DNA of 64,000 nucleotides from Rhizodiscina lignyota (lineage: Eukaryota), in contig ML978121.1 in assembly GCA_010015805.1 (NCBI GenBank), positions 124,001 to 188,000 of the forward strand, read 5' to 3'. A program made the translations under genes and the position numbers. The notes beneath the pieces are model-generated. The model ran no database searches, was not told the origin of the DNA, and was given only the letters and a program-made list of their open reading frames with translations. Within the stretch, counting starts at the first letter, position 1, and each line of letters begins with the position of its first letter. Shown in pieces: positions 32,268-47,118 of the stretch.

Positions 32268-34583
32268 ATGTTGTCTCTCACGTTCCTTTCAATATTAGCG
32301 AATATAGCAGGCAGCACTTTCGCAGCATCGACATTCTCCCCAGCTCGACCTCCCGCATTACCATTGGCAGTAAAATCGCCTTATCTCAATACTTGGTTGT
32401 ACGCTGGTAGTGACGACTCTGGAAATGGAGGCTATCTGGCTGGCAAGTGGCCGCAACATTGGGGGTAAGCATTCGAGCTTTCTGGACTCTACAATGCGCA
32501 GACGTAGCTGACATCTCATAGGAGCGGTGTGACAGGATGGACCGGGATGATTCGTGTGGACGGTGATACCTACGTCTGGATGGGTGATCCTCAAGTGGGC
32601 GCGACGACAGTCAATCAAACTTCATACACCTACACTTCGACAAAGAGCATCTTCGAAATGGACGTGGCTGGTAAAGTCCAGATGAACATCACTTTCACAT
32701 CGCCGGTCTATCCGAATGATATGAAGAGGCAATCCCTGACTTTTTCATACCTCAATGTCGACGTTGAATCAACCGATGGCTCATCACATGATGTGCAGCT
32801 GTACACGGACATATCTGCTGGTAAGCTTCTACTGACAATTGAAAGGACGCCAGAATTGGCTGACATGGGGCGCAGAATGGGTGTCTGGGGAAAACACTGT
32901 AAATGCACAATGGGATTATGCTACTTCCGGCGGCTTGTCATACCACAAGGTCTGGCGACAAACGCAGCTCCTGTTCAGCGAAAACATGGTCAATAATCAA
33001 GGTCTTATGGCTGATTGGGGTTACTGGTACTATGCGACGAACACCAGCGATAGCCTCAGTTATCTACAGGATTCTGATGCAACTCGAAATGCATTCAAGA
33101 ACGATGGAAAGCTCGGCAATAAGCAGAACAAAACGTTCCGCCCCATCAACGACGATTGGCCCGTCTTCGGTTACGCTGTTGATCTGGGCTCGGTGAAGGG
33201 TACCGCGCCGAGCCAGCTCTTTACACTCGGCTACACGCAAGAAAAGGCTGTGCAGTACAACACTACAGATGGCTACCTGGAGCTCGACTCTCTGTGGACG
33301 TCATATTTCGATGACGAGGTTTCTGCGGTAGGCCTTCAAGAATATACTCGTTCCTAGCTCAAACTGATTATTATGACAGCTCTCGTTCTTCCACAATGAC
33401 TATGCTACCGCAACGAGTATGTCCAACGATCTGGACAGCAAGATCTCATCCGACTCGAAAGCCGCTGCTGGACAAAACTACCTCACCGTTACCTCACTGT
33501 CTCTTCGTCAGGCATTTGCAGCAATCACTCCTGCCATCCGCTCCTCTGGAAAGACATATTTCTTCCTGAAGGAGATTTCGTCGAACGGCAACACGAACAC
33601 GGTGGATGTGATCTTCCCCATGCATCCCATTCTCTTGTATCTGAACCCGCAGATTCTCAAGATGTTGTTAGACCCGCTTTATGAGAACCAGGAGAGCCAC
33701 GCGTATCCAAACAGCTATGCGGAGCACGATCTTGGCGCTCACTTCCCGAACGCGACCGGCCATCCTGCTGGTGACGATGAAATGATGCCTGTCGAAGAAT
33801 GTGGAAACATGCTCATCATGACCCTCGCCTATTCCCAAAGTACTGGTGACAACAGCTACCTGTCCGATCACTATGCCAAGATGAAGCAGTGGGTCGAGTA
33901 CCTCGTCGAAGACTCGTTGATCCCGGCAGACCAGCTCAGCACTGACGACTTCGCCGGACATATCGCCAACCAGACTAATCTAGCGCTCAAGGGCATTATT
34001 GGCATCGGCGCAATGGCGGAAATCGCCAATATTACGGACAACTCCGCCGATTCGAGCAACTACTCTTCAATCTCGAAAGACTATATCAGCAAGTGGCAAG
34101 ACCTTGGCATTGCAAAGAGCGCGAGCCCGCCGCACACGACTCTCCAGTATGGCAATGACTCAACCCACGGGCTTCTCTACAACATTTATGGCGACAAGCT
34201 GCTTAAGCTTAACCTCGTTCCGCAGAGCGTCTACGACATGCAGAGCAAGTTTTATCCAACTGTTGAGAACAAGTATGGTGTCCCACTCGATACCAGAAGT
34301 ACGCAAACAAAGGGTAAGTTGCTGCACTGAGAACCCCACGCTAGCTCGAGAAGGTGCTGACAGACGAACAGGCGACTGGGAAATGTTCACCGCTGCAACA
34401 TGCGACAGCTCCACGCGCGACATGTTCATCAAAGATCTTGCTACATGGATCAACGAAACTCCCACAGGGCGTCCGTTGACCGATTTGTACGATACCAACA
34501 CAGGCGGCTGGCCGACAACCCAATTCACGGCACGGCCAGTCATGGGAGGAACCTACGCGCTCCTAGCGCTCAACTCAAAGTAG
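32268..34583 (+). CDS. gtaA: Secreted glutaminase A (GtaA family)
   Basis: STFSPARPPALPLAVKSPYLNTW, FLKEISSNGNTNTVDVIFP, MPVEECGNMLIM, QLSTDDFAG..ANQTNLALKGIIGI; five GT-AG introns. Confidence 0.93.
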
Positions 34584-35329
34584 GGACTACTTTTGCATTT
34601 GGGAGAGCTCTCAGGTTTCTGGGGTTCTGCATTTTGTACATACTGTATACATTGAACGGCGTCTGATCCATAACGGTGCATTAGGAGCGTTCGGCCACCG
34701 TCGATTTACTTACGCATGCATCGAGTGAAGAATGGGTTCCTCGGAGTTCTGGGGAGTTAATGCCTCGTATGAGCTACTTTAAGCTTTCTTGTATTATTAT
34801 TGTTCGGTGCTTCGGAGAATGCGCTGTATATATAGCTCCGCCAACACACAGAGTTTGGCATTCTGCATGGCATTGACATATTCCTTCATAAGGTTCTGAT
34901 TCTCGTACATTCAGTCAAATTCGTTTCAACATCTGCCGTCCGCTGGAAGAATAATTGAAACTTCTCCGCCTATGAAATCATGGACAGGGGAGGAAATATT
35001 TCCAGAGACGGACATAGCACGCCACACTCAGCGGCTCACGAAACAGTGGGCGCAATTGGTGGGCGCTCTTTTCATCGATGAAGAGCCAGAGAGTATACCT
35101 GAGTCGTAGGGGGCTGCAATACACAACCTCAATGGCATCAAGAGGTTGAGCCACGGCTACAATACATGGAAATCCAAGATACCAGTGTACATGTTCGCTT
35201 CATTTAGGGTAAATGAGCTTCATTGAAGTCAAGCAACTCCAAGTAAGGCTTCAAAAGGCCGGAGAAAGTGCATACTCTGCATTAAACATCATGTATATAT
35301 ATACGACGGCCATCACGATTACGTACTAT

Positions 35330-36934
35330 TCAAGGGAACACCTTGAACCCTCCCGGCAAAGCTGATTGAAAGAATCCGTTCAGATCATACTTCTTGCTCA
35401 CAGCCTGCAGCCTCGCCTTCTCCGCCTTCCCGTAGCTCGCAATCGGGTCCTGTGACCTGTCCGCATAGTTGAGATACTGGTACGGAATGTAAAGGCCTTT
35501 CTGGCGACACAAATCTTCCTGCTTGACGACGATATCTTCCATCCCCTTCTGCACGGTATCGTCGTCTGCTGCGTTTGCGTACGCTGCCGTGAGCACAGTG
35601 ACGACGAAGTCCGTCTCTCCGGCGGGCAGTCCGAGCGAGCTCTTTCCGGTTGAGACGGGCTGTGGCTGGATGAGCAGGACGAGTTGCAGGTTCTCAATGT
35701 GCGCCAGAGCCTCTGTACCGTCTTCCCAGATCTTGAAGAGGTCGGAGTAGAAGTCGGCGTCTCCATTTCGGAAGGAGAACACAAGGTCGATCGCGCTACA
35801 TGATATAATGAGTCGCGGTCCATGTCTTGACTCGTAATTCCAACGGCACTTACCGTGAAGCACCAGGAGGCAATGATCCACTCGCTTCGGTCACAAGAGA
35901 TGTCACATTCGTCAGGCGCAGAGTGTTTGCGATGGACGGAATAGCTGTAAAAGGCCTGTAGATCGGAGGATTCACGACCGGCTTGATGTAATAAAGGTCA
36001 CCGCCGACTGCATATACTTGCCCGGGGTTCTGGAAGACGAGCGCCATACCCATATCCGCCGAATCGTCGAAATTCTTGGGGTCCATGAAGCTGCTGAAAG
36101 CTTTGGCGTTCGCCGCTAGGATCTCGGGCGTATAGTTGAACGCAAGGCCGCCACCCCACATACCTTCAATCTCCCAAGTGGGAGCTTCAATTCTCGTTAC
36201 GATTCCATAGTTGTTTGAGCCGCCTTTGAGTGCAAGCCATAGATCTGGATAAGAGCGTTCGTTGACCTCAAGGATCTGTCCGGTGGCGTCGACAAGCTGA
36301 TAATTGTAGATATTCTCACAAGCCCAGCCCTGTCGCCTGGAGAGGTAGGAGATTCCACCTGCACTCGTCAGTCTCTTGAGACGGAAATTCACAGCAGATT
36401 CAAGATACCTCCAGTCGAGAACCCTCCCACTCCAATTCCCGGGACCCTTCCTCCCATGACAGTGAGATTGTACTTGTCGAGCACCGGGTAAATCTCACTC
36501 CAGATCCCGCCACTTCCAAGTGAGACTATCTTCCTGTCCTCGCTGAGCTGTAAGGAGTTCATCGAGCCCATATCGACGGTGATGCCACCTTGGATGTTCG
36601 CTGCCCCTGTCCAGATCATGTGTCCGCCGCTCCTGAGTGCGAATTGCGGACCACGATACGAGCCGTAGCCATGACCAGGATTTATCAACTTGATGAATCG
36701 GGAGACATCTTCAGCACAGGTGGGAGAGAAAACGCATCCGGGATGCAATTGGCGCTCCTGGCCAGAGTAATAGGAAGAGATGGAGTCGTTGTAAGTCGAA
36801 CTACCAGGATACGAGACATGGCCAACTTTTGACGCCAGGAGCTTGCAATATGAAGCTATATCTACAACGCTAGTGGCCGAAGTGGCTAAAACGAACGACG
36901 CGATGAGAAAGGGAACAGAGTGTGAACTCAACAT
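35330..36934 (-). CDS. Secreted FAD-binding oxidoreductase (FAD_binding_4 / VAO family)
   Basis: Signal peptide; FALRSGGH, GGRVPGIGVGG, DLWLALKGGSNNYGIVT, YLNYADRSQDPI..LQAVSKKYD; introns near 36360-36408 and 35790-35854. Confidence 0.9.
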
Positions 36935-38219
36935 GGTGAATCTGAAAAGTCACCTCGTCACCACCGAGGAGCAGGAGGCTACAAAAGTTAAAGAAAGGAT
37001 CCTGCCGCATCTTGAAGTACGTACGAGGCCCGCATGACTCGTCCAATGGCCAGGAACACGGGATTGACGTTGGCCAGCTCGCCAAAACTAAGCAGTTAGA
37101 TTGCGGAGCAGCCATGGGGTTGTTGGTGAGTCCCCAGTTAATCGCAGAGGTTCCCCATAATTGGGATGTAACCTGAGGCTCCTCTGGGTGCTTCCACCAA
37201 TGATATCGTGCGGGGATTGAGCCTCCAAGTACGCGAGCTACCTTAAGGTCGTATAGGGCCGTTTATGGTTCCTGGCGCTGGCAATAGTGAAATAGAAGAG
37301 GGTGCTTTGCAGTTTTCCATGTCAAAAGTAGAGCCAGTGATCGCTGCTGTTGGGATCGTCTCCGGCTTCACCACATCGAGTCGTATCTTGCGTTGAGGGA
37401 CCTCGGTTCGAGCGTGACGAAAAAGCTAGCCATAGCTTTCAAGACACTGAACAGCTCAGGAGTGTAGCTTTTGTTACCAATTAAACATGCAACGTTTCAA
37501 CGGTGTGCAATTGCAATATACGCTGCAAAGAACCTAAAACCAAACTTTCGCTCTTAGCTGGAAGAGACCTTTGGTACTTGCTGGACAAAATTTTCTATGC
37601 CTTGTCTTCCTGCATGACTAGTGCATCGAGCGCCCGCAAATAATCAAATCGAATCTCGACCATTAGGCAGAAGCTGTGGACTGGGTGACTGTGTTGAGTC
37701 GAGGCGAAGCTTCGTCCACGTGTACAAGTTGCAAGTTGAGCTCCTGCAAAAAATCGAATCGAAGCTCGAACTCGAAACCAAAGCCGGAAGTTGAATAGTT
37801 ACTAAAAGGACATAGCCAAGCTCGGCGCGTAATACGAGCTCGCTAGAGGTGAGGTATTGAAGCGTACGATGAAGATGAGGCATCGATTCGTATCAGGTTG
37901 CGTGGAAGGGAAATATTGTTGATCATCAGCCACAGTCAAAGCCTCAGGCAACCTGTTCACGTGCTTTGATATTGAGATGTGTGGCTGTGCACAGAAAATT
38001 CTCGTCATCGATTGGTGAGTCACTCCTGTCCACGAGCGAACATCGGACGGATGACTCTCACAACAGGATGGTGTGACTTGTCGTTCCAGTCACGAAAGAA
38101 AACCGTAAGTATAAGTAGCCTATCAGTCCTATTCCGTCCTTCTATTCTCTCTTATTTCTACATGGGCGAAGAGAAAGCATTCTTCTACCCTTCCCTCGTC
38201 TTTCTCCTTCGGCGTTACA

Positions 38220-38585
38220 ATGGGCTCTCGACATAACAGAAGACGTACTCGCAGTCGGCCTCGGAGCCGCATCGGCTCGTTTCCATCTTCTTACACTTTC
38301 AACGATTTATCATCATTCTCTACTTCTTCCACACCTGACTTTCGGACCAGAGGGTGGGAGCCACAATACAATCAGTGCCAACCCCGGTCCTCGCTGCTGG
38401 GACGCGACAGAATCCCTCATTCGCTAGACAGCATGAACGTCTCCGAAGGCGGCAGTGATAAGTCCAGCTCTCACTGCCTTCGCATGTTCGGTGGCGAGGC
38501 GAACGATGAGGCTGGCCTCTGTGCGCCTATGCTCCAGGTCGTTTTGGATCTTTTTGACGGGCGCATTGATTACGAAGACGACTGA
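38220..38585 (+). CDS. Small hypothetical protein (basic N-terminus, acidic C-terminus)
   Basis: 121-aa ATG-initiated ORF after a pyrimidine-rich leader; RRRTRSRPRSR is NLS-like. Coding status is not proven. Confidence 0.5.
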   Translation: MGSRHNRRRTRSRPRSRIGSFPSSYTFNDLSSFSTSSTPDFRTRGWEPQYNQCQPRSSLLGRDRIPHSLDSMNVSEGGSDKSSSHCLRMFGGEANDEAGLCAPMLQVVLDLFDGRIDYEDD

Positions 38586-40876
38586 AAGTGGCATCGGCGT
38601 CAAGGACCAAGCATTATTATTATCATTCTCTCCTCATTTCGCCTTCCATACACTCCTAGCACGGCGGCAATACGTTGCGCATTCATCAACTAAGACAGAG
38701 TCGATCTGACTTCCTGGATGGCCCACCAAATAGCCAACCGGCCCAAAGGCGTAGACCATCTGAAAGCCGGACTCGTAGCAGTGAAGGCTACCACTGCTGT
38801 GATCCGGCGTGATCCTGCAAACGTGGTATGCTGGATCGGTCCATAGTGCTCGGTCTTGGGACTTTGGCGTACCCCACATGCGCGGAGGAAATTGGAAAAT
38901 AAAACATCGGTGGGGCAATCCAGACAGCTTGATGCACGCGCGGTCGAAAGATTGCGCTTGAGCGTCGCCGCCTGGAGGCTCGGGCTTGATTATAAGCAGG
39001 CACGGGAGGAGTCGAAGGACGGCATGTGGGGTGGTTGGATTTGGAGTCATCGTTCGCGATGGATGGGGATGGAGATGCAGCGGGATGAGGGTTACCAGTT
39101 TCATAGGGAGCTTTCCGGTTGCTTCTGCTCCAGATTCAGATTCGATCGAATAAGCGCATGTTTATTCAGATACCCAACAGCGCAGGTTTAAATTTAAATG
39201 GAAATTGTTGTAGATCTGCTGTCTCGAATGGAAAACTCACGTGAATCGGGTACCTCGTTTGCAACATCATGCATCCAACATCATAGTGACTCACGACGAT
39301 GCGGGCATGAGTCTGTCTCATACCTAAAAGGCGGAGACGCACTCCTCTGTTTACGTGCACACAGTTCGCTCTTTCTCAATGACATGGGAAGACCTGTCAT
39401 CGTCTTGTTCGTCAAGACTTCAGGCCAGTCCTTGATCAATTGCACATGATTGACCACAAAATGAGGTAGCCAATAGCTGTCAAAAAGACTAAACGGAGCA
39501 TGCCGTAGCGAGTGCGAGCTCGGTAGAAGACGGTAACCCGCATAGCTTGGTGAATATCAGCGGATCTTACGAGCCCGGCCAGAGAAGGTAAACCGTGCAT
39601 ACTGTTGGATTTGGTACATCGTGTGAGCTCGGTAGGAGAAGCTCAGCCGCGAAACTCGGGGGGTTTCAGCGTATAGTGTAAGTTCAGTGGAGGGCGGGAG
39701 CTCGCAGAACTTGATGGCCTTTGGAGTATAGTACGAACTTGGTGGAAGAAAGTAAATCGTAGCACTTGACGAACTCTTGCACGTCTTGCAACCTGCTTCG
39801 AAGGATCACCCTCGACTAGGGCATCGACCCACTGGATACAACACGGCTGGCCCCAAAGAATGGCTTTCGACCAAGCCATAGCGACCTCCTTTGAGTTTGG
39901 CCGTATCTAAGCATAGAGAGCATACTCCAGGTTAGGACACAACACAACTACTGAGACGAAGGATGAAAGCTGAACACATTACTCGCGAGCCGAGTAGACG
40001 AACGAACGTACAATGATGGATGAGAGGTGGATTTACACATTACGGTGCGTCAAAGCGCAGATCGTGAAGTCTTCAGGCGGATCGACATTGCTAAAGATAA
40101 TGATTTAAAACTTTCGCCTCTCCCTCCGTCTTTACCTCTGCATGTGAGGACGCAGAGGCATCCAGTGGCGCACATATACTGCTGCTAAAAATAGTATATC
40201 CGCAGAGTCGCTGGCCGCGTAGCTCATGCGCGTAGCCGGCTAAGATGGAGATGGGCTGTCGGTGAAGGCGACTTGCACGAGTTAAGGCATGAAGAGTGCG
40301 TGATTACTGGAAGCAGCAGGAAATTGGCATATTGCTGGGGAGAAGGCGTCTGAACAGGAAGGTCATGGTGAACGGGGCGAATGCAAATGAATCCATTGTC
40401 ATGCACTGCCACCACCATCTGCGAGGATGCGCTCGTATGCACTGGTACGGAGCGCGTTCTAGTCAGCAGCAGAGAGGGTCGAGAGCCGAGCGCCGCAAGC
40501 TGCTTATCCTCACACGTGCGGCTGATAGGGCCCGACGCGCTGGGGACGGTGAAAAGAACAGATGTCGCGCTGCTGCTCTTCAGCTGCTGGGAGATCCGCG
40601 TGGAGCATGCCCTGCTCCATCTCATTAGGGCCTTGAACCACGCTCGCCGCACCACAAGTCTCTCCGCAAACGCGTCTCGTCCATGTCACGCCTCCAGGAC
40701 TCTGTCGTCGCTCTCGTTGAAGAAGCTTAATCCCCCCCTATTCCGCAGCATACGCGCGCCCGTCGACTCCGCCTGACAGAGTAAGAGTCCCCGTTCGCTG
40801 ATCTCTCGACCGTCAGCCCCACCCCCGACTCTCAGTTGGGCGGCGTAGAGGGAACACGCTCTCTTCCACTCCTGCC

Positions 40877-43873
40877 ATGCCAACGCTATTCAAGAACAAG
40901 ACCTCATCCTCCAAGTCTAACAGGCCGCCGGCGGGTGGGAGCGTTTCTTCGGAGCAACACGCTGCTGTGCTTACCGCTGGAGGAGGTACGTCTCGACGGG
41001 CTCTCCCGAGCTCGCTTGTCCATTCACGCACCGATCAAGAGCTCCAACTCACGCAGGCATAGAAAACTGGAACGCTGCACAGCAACAGTACAGACCTGTG
41101 GAGCAGCAGCCTCCGGTTTATGCGCAAGGCTTTGTCGCTCAAGCGCCAGGAGTGCGACAGTCCTTTGACCGACCTCCGGTAGACGTTGCTGCATCTGTGA
41201 ATGCTAGTCAGATCCAACAAGCCGCAGACCCTCGACAGGAATATCGACAGTCCTACAATCCTCAATTCGTACAACCACCGCAACAAGTACAACAGCCTCT
41301 GCAGCAGGCACAGGAGCCAAAGCGAGGCATTCGGGAGAGGCTCTTTGGACACTCGTCGCGTGAAAGCGTGGACCAGACACAGGCGAAGCCCCCAAGCAGG
41401 ACCGCATCTTTCAGGCGGAAGGACTCTCCGCACAAGCACAGCAGTCCTACAGACGAGTCTGTGAGAAAGGGGAGTGCGTATTGGAGCTCCAGGCAAAGCT
41501 CAACCGGCAACCTTCCGATCTCGCACGAGGCTGACGAAGAGGGACCAATTCACCAGTACAACCCAAACATCAACCAATCGATACCGTCCGTCCCTCCAAA
41601 GGACCCAGTAAACGTGCAGTACTACTCGCAGCAGACGCTTCAGCAACACCCTCAGTTCGCACCTTCTTCACTCCAGCGTGCGGATACAGGTCAAACATCA
41701 TCCTCGCAAGGGCAACCGGATATATATAGTGCGTCTGAGTATTCAGCTGGATCCATCCAAGCTACTCCTCAACTCAATCAGTACACCGACGCGCAAGCCG
41801 ATCCTGATCAGCAGCATTTCCAGCAGTCTCCCCCGCTGCAACAGAGCCAGCTACCGCCGCACCTACAATATCAAAGTTTCTCCCCAACACACCAACCTTC
41901 AACTGCGGCACAAATTTCACAGGCACAGCAAGGTGCGGGGACAGGCCAACGATACTCTTACTATCAACAACAGCAGACAGCAGCCCAACAACAGCAAGCC
42001 GGAGCATACAGCTCTCCAGGAGTCGGGCAAAACCAGACTCGATCTAGTCAGCAGAGTCATCAGGAACCGCAAACCGCTCAACCACCAAGTTACCAATCTC
42101 AAGTACCTGAGATTCATCAGCCACAAGCAGTTCGCGGAACTCTTCAGGTCCAGCAGCACGCTGACTCACCTTCCCACCTCCACCCTGCTCGTCCGCCATC
42201 AGGACAGCACCACTTCGTCCCTCCATCTCCGCTGAGTCAAGTCCAAGGGCAGGCGTCAGTAGCGTACGAGACCACTGCTAGCTCCCCAGCGCCTCCGAGT
42301 TCTTCTTCGGAAAGCAGCAATCAGCAGCAAGGCCTCGCTTCTCCTCCCATTTCCACCCAAAATCCAGCGCAAGCGCAGGTCCAGCCACAGCGCAAAGTGT
42401 TGGATATGCCCAGCAAAGGGACATCACATCCCACAAGGGAATCTAGCTTTCAGCCGCAGCCACAACAAGTGCCTCAGAGTGCTGCTGTACGAAGTTCAGG
42501 TGGTCAGCCGCAGCAAGCAGCTGAGGTTGGCAGGAATACGCCTCCACCAAGGCTGACTAACGACATGTCCGAGGATGAGGCCAATCAATTCAAACAGTTA
42601 GAGAAGGATTACAAGGAGCTGAGTGAGTCCAATTTGATCTCCAATGATCTCTTGCGGGAGTTAGGGACATACTAACACTAATTAACTCGCAGGGGACAAA
42701 TACCAGAAGGTGAAGAAATACTACTTCGAGAAGGAATCCCAAGTCCATGCTCTCCAGAATACCCTCGCCCACCAACGTCTCTCCCAGTCCCGGACATCCT
42801 TAGACGATTCCGAGTATTCTACACGCTTTGCACGACTTGACGGCTTGATTGCTCAACTCGCCTTCGCCATTCGCAAAGAATGGAAGTCCATTCCCATTTG
42901 GTTACAGCCTGGTGTTAATAAGGAGGCCGTCACAACAGGAAAACAAGAGATGACGGCCGTTGGAAGAGCGTTCATTTCGTCTTGGCTGGTCGAAGAAGTA
43001 TTCGACATGTACTTTCACCCAGATCTCGAACAAGGACTGTCGATGCAGTTGAAGCAGGTCCAAATGAATATACGCAAATTTGCACCACCGTTCCAGACAG
43101 ATGAGGAAGAGGAGGCACTGGGCTCTAAAGTTATCAATTGGAGGTTGACCACGTTGGAGGGTCTCCAGCAAGACTTAAAGGGCCAGCAAGCACAGGCGCA
43201 CAGACAGAGGTTGACTGAGACGCTCCAGGAACGCCTGATCGCGAGTCTGTCAATGCACCTCCAAGAGCCTGCGCCTCCGGATCTTACAGGCGGAGTTCAC
43301 ATGATTATAGAGCTTGTCGTGGGCATTGCGGGGCACCTGCCTTGCGAAAGTCGGGACGTCGTCATCGACTACTTCCCTCCGGGCTTCACTATCAACAGTG
43401 AGCTCATGAAACTAGAGAGTGGCATTCCGCCGCTGACTAATCCCATGGCTGACCTGCCTGACGCTGCTCAAACTGACCGGGCAAGTTTAAAGAGTACTAC
43501 AAGCGATCTCAGGGATTCTGTTCCTCAAACTACTGATGATGGTTCCGCGCCAGGTAGTGCCACAACCAGCTCAACGACCAGTCCGAACGCAACAAACCCC
43601 GGAGCGAAGGAAGACCGGAAACGTGGCGGAGGTAGCATGCTCAGTGGTCTCATGGGTACGAGGAAGCCTAACCAGCCTACTCAACCACAGCAAGGGAAGA
43701 TCCCTGGTGCGAGTGGTAGCCAGACGAGCTTAACGCAGCAGCCGCCGGGAAGCTCAGGGGGGCCGAAAGATGAGAGCGGAGCACCGCCGAGGGTGAGGAT
43801 TGCGGCGTTCTTGGCTGTGCAGATCCGGGGAAGGAGCATTTTAGCAAAGGCGCCTGTCTATACCAGCAACTGA
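40877..43873 (+). CDS. Conserved fungal protein: Q/S/P-rich disordered N-half, coiled coil and helical C-terminal domain
   Basis: Introns about 40986-41056 and 42623-42692 join the ORFs; KYQKVKKYYFEKE..LQNTLAHQRLSQSRTSLDDSEY..RF.RLDG. Function unknown. Confidence 0.82.
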
Positions 43874-45575
43874 GAAAAGCTTTTCTTTCCATGTCCAAAT
43901 TTCCTCTCCGGGCCAGAGGGAGGAGGTGTAGATGCAGTTCAAAGTACACTGGGCTGAAGTCGGCCGGAAAGGTGGTTGCACGGGCATATAGATACCCTCG
44001 TTTGTTTCTTACCTCCTGCAAAGGATGATGATCTAAAATGGAGACTACTTGGTCAATGTCTCCCTGCATATTCTGCTGCAATCTCAAGAGTGACAATGGC
44101 TCACCCCGACGGATGTCGAGGGAGTGTAGTAACACGAGCAAGTTTTGCTCTTCTACTTACGCGACAGCATCGCCAGAAGCTTCAGTTAATATGCCTTGGC
44201 CAGTGTTTATTCGGATAACAGAGCTTTGCTAAACATGGTCTTGTACTATATAAAGGGGGATATGTCTTAATTTTCTATCCGCACCGAAAGCAATGTCAAT
44301 AGGATCTTGCGAATGATGTGCTAGAACGCTAACCAGATCCGTACAAACGTAAAAGATTAGGAAGGTTGCATGTCGTAGAAGCCTTTGAACATTTAAAGCC
44401 CTAGGGGTCACCAAAGGCAGTTTTTATTGCAATCTTGTCAATTTGCGCACTGTACTTACTGTAGAGGCCTCCCGAGTCGAATACCGCTCTTCCTGCCGAG
44501 CAGTTGCGATTCCCTGATCGAAACACATGGACCCGATGAAGTTAGAGGGGTACAGTATAAAAAGAGCGAAGGCTTCAGAATGCTTGATTTAATTTGTGTC
44601 ACACAGTTTTGTTGAAAGTGTTCATCTTTAACTCTTATAATAATTTGATATCATTCAGACAGAGTACGGATTGTATGCTCATTTCTCGTCTCAACTGGGT
44701 TGTGTCATCCCGGCCCCACTGCTAGCCAGGAGCAAACCTTCGCCCGTACCTACGTATTGTTTCCATCGTGTCACGCCTCAAACGCTGCCCTGTTTAGTCA
44801 ATCGCTTCATCTATCAAGCAAAATTTCCGTTTTGTCACGCATCTTCCTGCCCTATCCAGCGAGACATCCCGTCCTGCCACGATTCGTCGTCACCTGCAGG
44901 GCAACTCCGCGCACCCACCTGCACCTGGGCAGAATTTTCCTTTCTGCCGTGGATCTAAAAATCGGGCACCATACAGCGCCCCTCGCACCATCACGTTTTA
45001 GCGTCCTACATGACGTTGAGGAACTTCGCCAAGCGCGGCCTGACCAGGTTAATTGACCTGTCCCAACGAACGTTGGAGTAGTGTCCGATTTCCAATCTCT
45101 CGTCCTTGTGCATCCGGGACACCGCCCGCTTGCAACCAAGCTAACTTGTAGCTTTTTTTTAAACATGGAATTCGTCACTTATCGCTGTTCGTCCCAGGCT
45201 CGGCCAGGGACGGCTGGACAAAGCGTCAGCCAGCAGGAATTTTACGGCGAACAACTCGGTCCGTTTGCAGTATATGAAGATCTAGTCTCCCCTCGGCCAC
45301 GTCCAGTGTCGACTGTTGCTAAAAGGCTTTCCGTGGTTACTACAAGTATCCGGAGACCTTATTTGTGACATCTGCGCAATTGCTTGTTTACACATAACTG
45401 TGTCGCATCAAGCAATCGCTCTTGTTTGGCTTGGAAGATAGTCAAGCTTCATTTCTTCACTTCATACACTCCTGACTCCCATTTTATACGCCTTACCAGT
45501 ATCTTTAAGCACACAGGGCTTGAGATATAGTTTTAGTGTCGCTCAATAAGACTGGTTCAAAGACGTTGACGAAGC

Positions 45576-47118
45576 ATGGCCAAGAAGCCAATTTTCTCAG
45601 CTACGCATCCGCGTGCAATCAGCTCGGCGTTTGAGAGAGTAGGCTATTGACCGCACGCTCAAACCTGGCCGGACGCTAACAGCGCGATCAGGTCTTTCTC
45701 ACTCGCCAGGATATGCAATGTTTCCACGAACCGTTTGGAGACGTGTATTATCATGGGAAAGAGAGACTTGGAGACAGATACGAAGACGACAAGTTGGCTA
45801 GGACTAACAGTGGCTTCAGCAATGCCACGTACAAGGACATTTTTGATGCAATCGAGAAGGGCGGGTCTGAGGTTGGAACATTTCCTTCCTCACGCCTGGC
45901 TTATCCCTGTCCTCGCGTGTATTCTCCTTTTCCCTCCGCCTCTCGTCCTTTCGTATTACATTCGATAGCGTTCGATACATCTCCAGTCAATGCAATAAGC
46001 AATCTCTTTCAAACAGCTCTTTCTTTCACCTTTTTCGTACTGTGATGATACCGCGTGTTTGCATATATGTCGAGGCGCTCTCTCGCAGAATCGCCTTTAC
46101 TTTACTTACCCATCCGTCAGGGTAAGCGAGTTTTCATCAAGGACATGGCCTATTACCTCATGCCACCGGATGATAAGCCTCCTTCGATTGCTCCATCCCT
46201 CGTCAACTACAAGCGCGGAGTCGGCACCACGACTAACGGCGAATTGAACGGCCACTCCAATGGCGCCGCTGTTGCGCCCGTCAATGGAGACCACAGCGAG
46301 ACGCGACCATACCCATACACTACAAAGGCAGAGCCCGGTAACCCCACTGTTGTGCCAGAAGCCGTGCTGAAGAGGTTTCACTTCACGTTCCTCATCCGCC
46401 ATCCGGTATATGATGTCTCACCCCTGTTTTTCATATTCGGGTAGCTCTAACACAGATCCCAGCGCTCAAGTATTCCGTCTTACTGGCGCTGCACTGTCCC
46501 GCCTCTAAACAAGGTGACAGGCTTCTACGACTTCATGCCCTCCGAGGCTGGCTACGCCGAGCTCGTGCGTCTCTTCGACTACCTCCGCGGCATTGGTCTC
46601 GTGGGCCCTTCCATCGCAGGCCAGGCGAAGCCCAACGGGACCAACGGTGTCAACGGAACGAATGGCGAGAAGAACGACGACAAGGTCGAGATTTGCGTCA
46701 TCGACGCGGACGACATGCTCGACAACCCGGAGGCCATGATCAAGACGTACTGCAAATCCATCAACTTGGAGTACAAGCCAGAGATGCTGAACTGGGACAA
46801 CGAGGAGGACCAGGAGCGCGCGAGGGCCGTTTTTGAGAAGTGGCCGGGCTTCCATGACGACGCGCTGGATTCGACACATCTGAAGAAGAGAGAGCACGTA
46901 TGTATTTCTGAATTTCATCCCTTTCCCCCGTGTGCCTTGCCCAGGAAATGGATTGTGCTAATTCTGGGAGGAAGAAAAAGAAGCCGAAGTCGGATGACCA
47001 GCTTTACCAGGAATGGACCGAAAAGTTCGGCGAGGAGGCGGCGAAGACGATCAGGCAGACGGTGGAGGAGAACGTGCCGCACTATGAGTACTTAAAGCAG
47101 TTTGCTATCAAGGTTTAA
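45576..47118 (+). CDS. P-loop / sulfotransferase-like protein
   Basis: MAKKPIFSATHPRAISSAFER, CFHEPFGD, RVFIKDMAYYL, HFTFLIRHP..SIPSY, VIDADDMLDNPE; several introns. Confidence 0.85.

Noticed and set aside
39515..39645. Recurrent GAGCTCGGTAG / GGTAA motifs at about 55-bp spacing, superficially repeat-spacer-like
   Set aside because: Only 2-3 degenerate units, eukaryotic context and no cas genes; not a CRISPR array.
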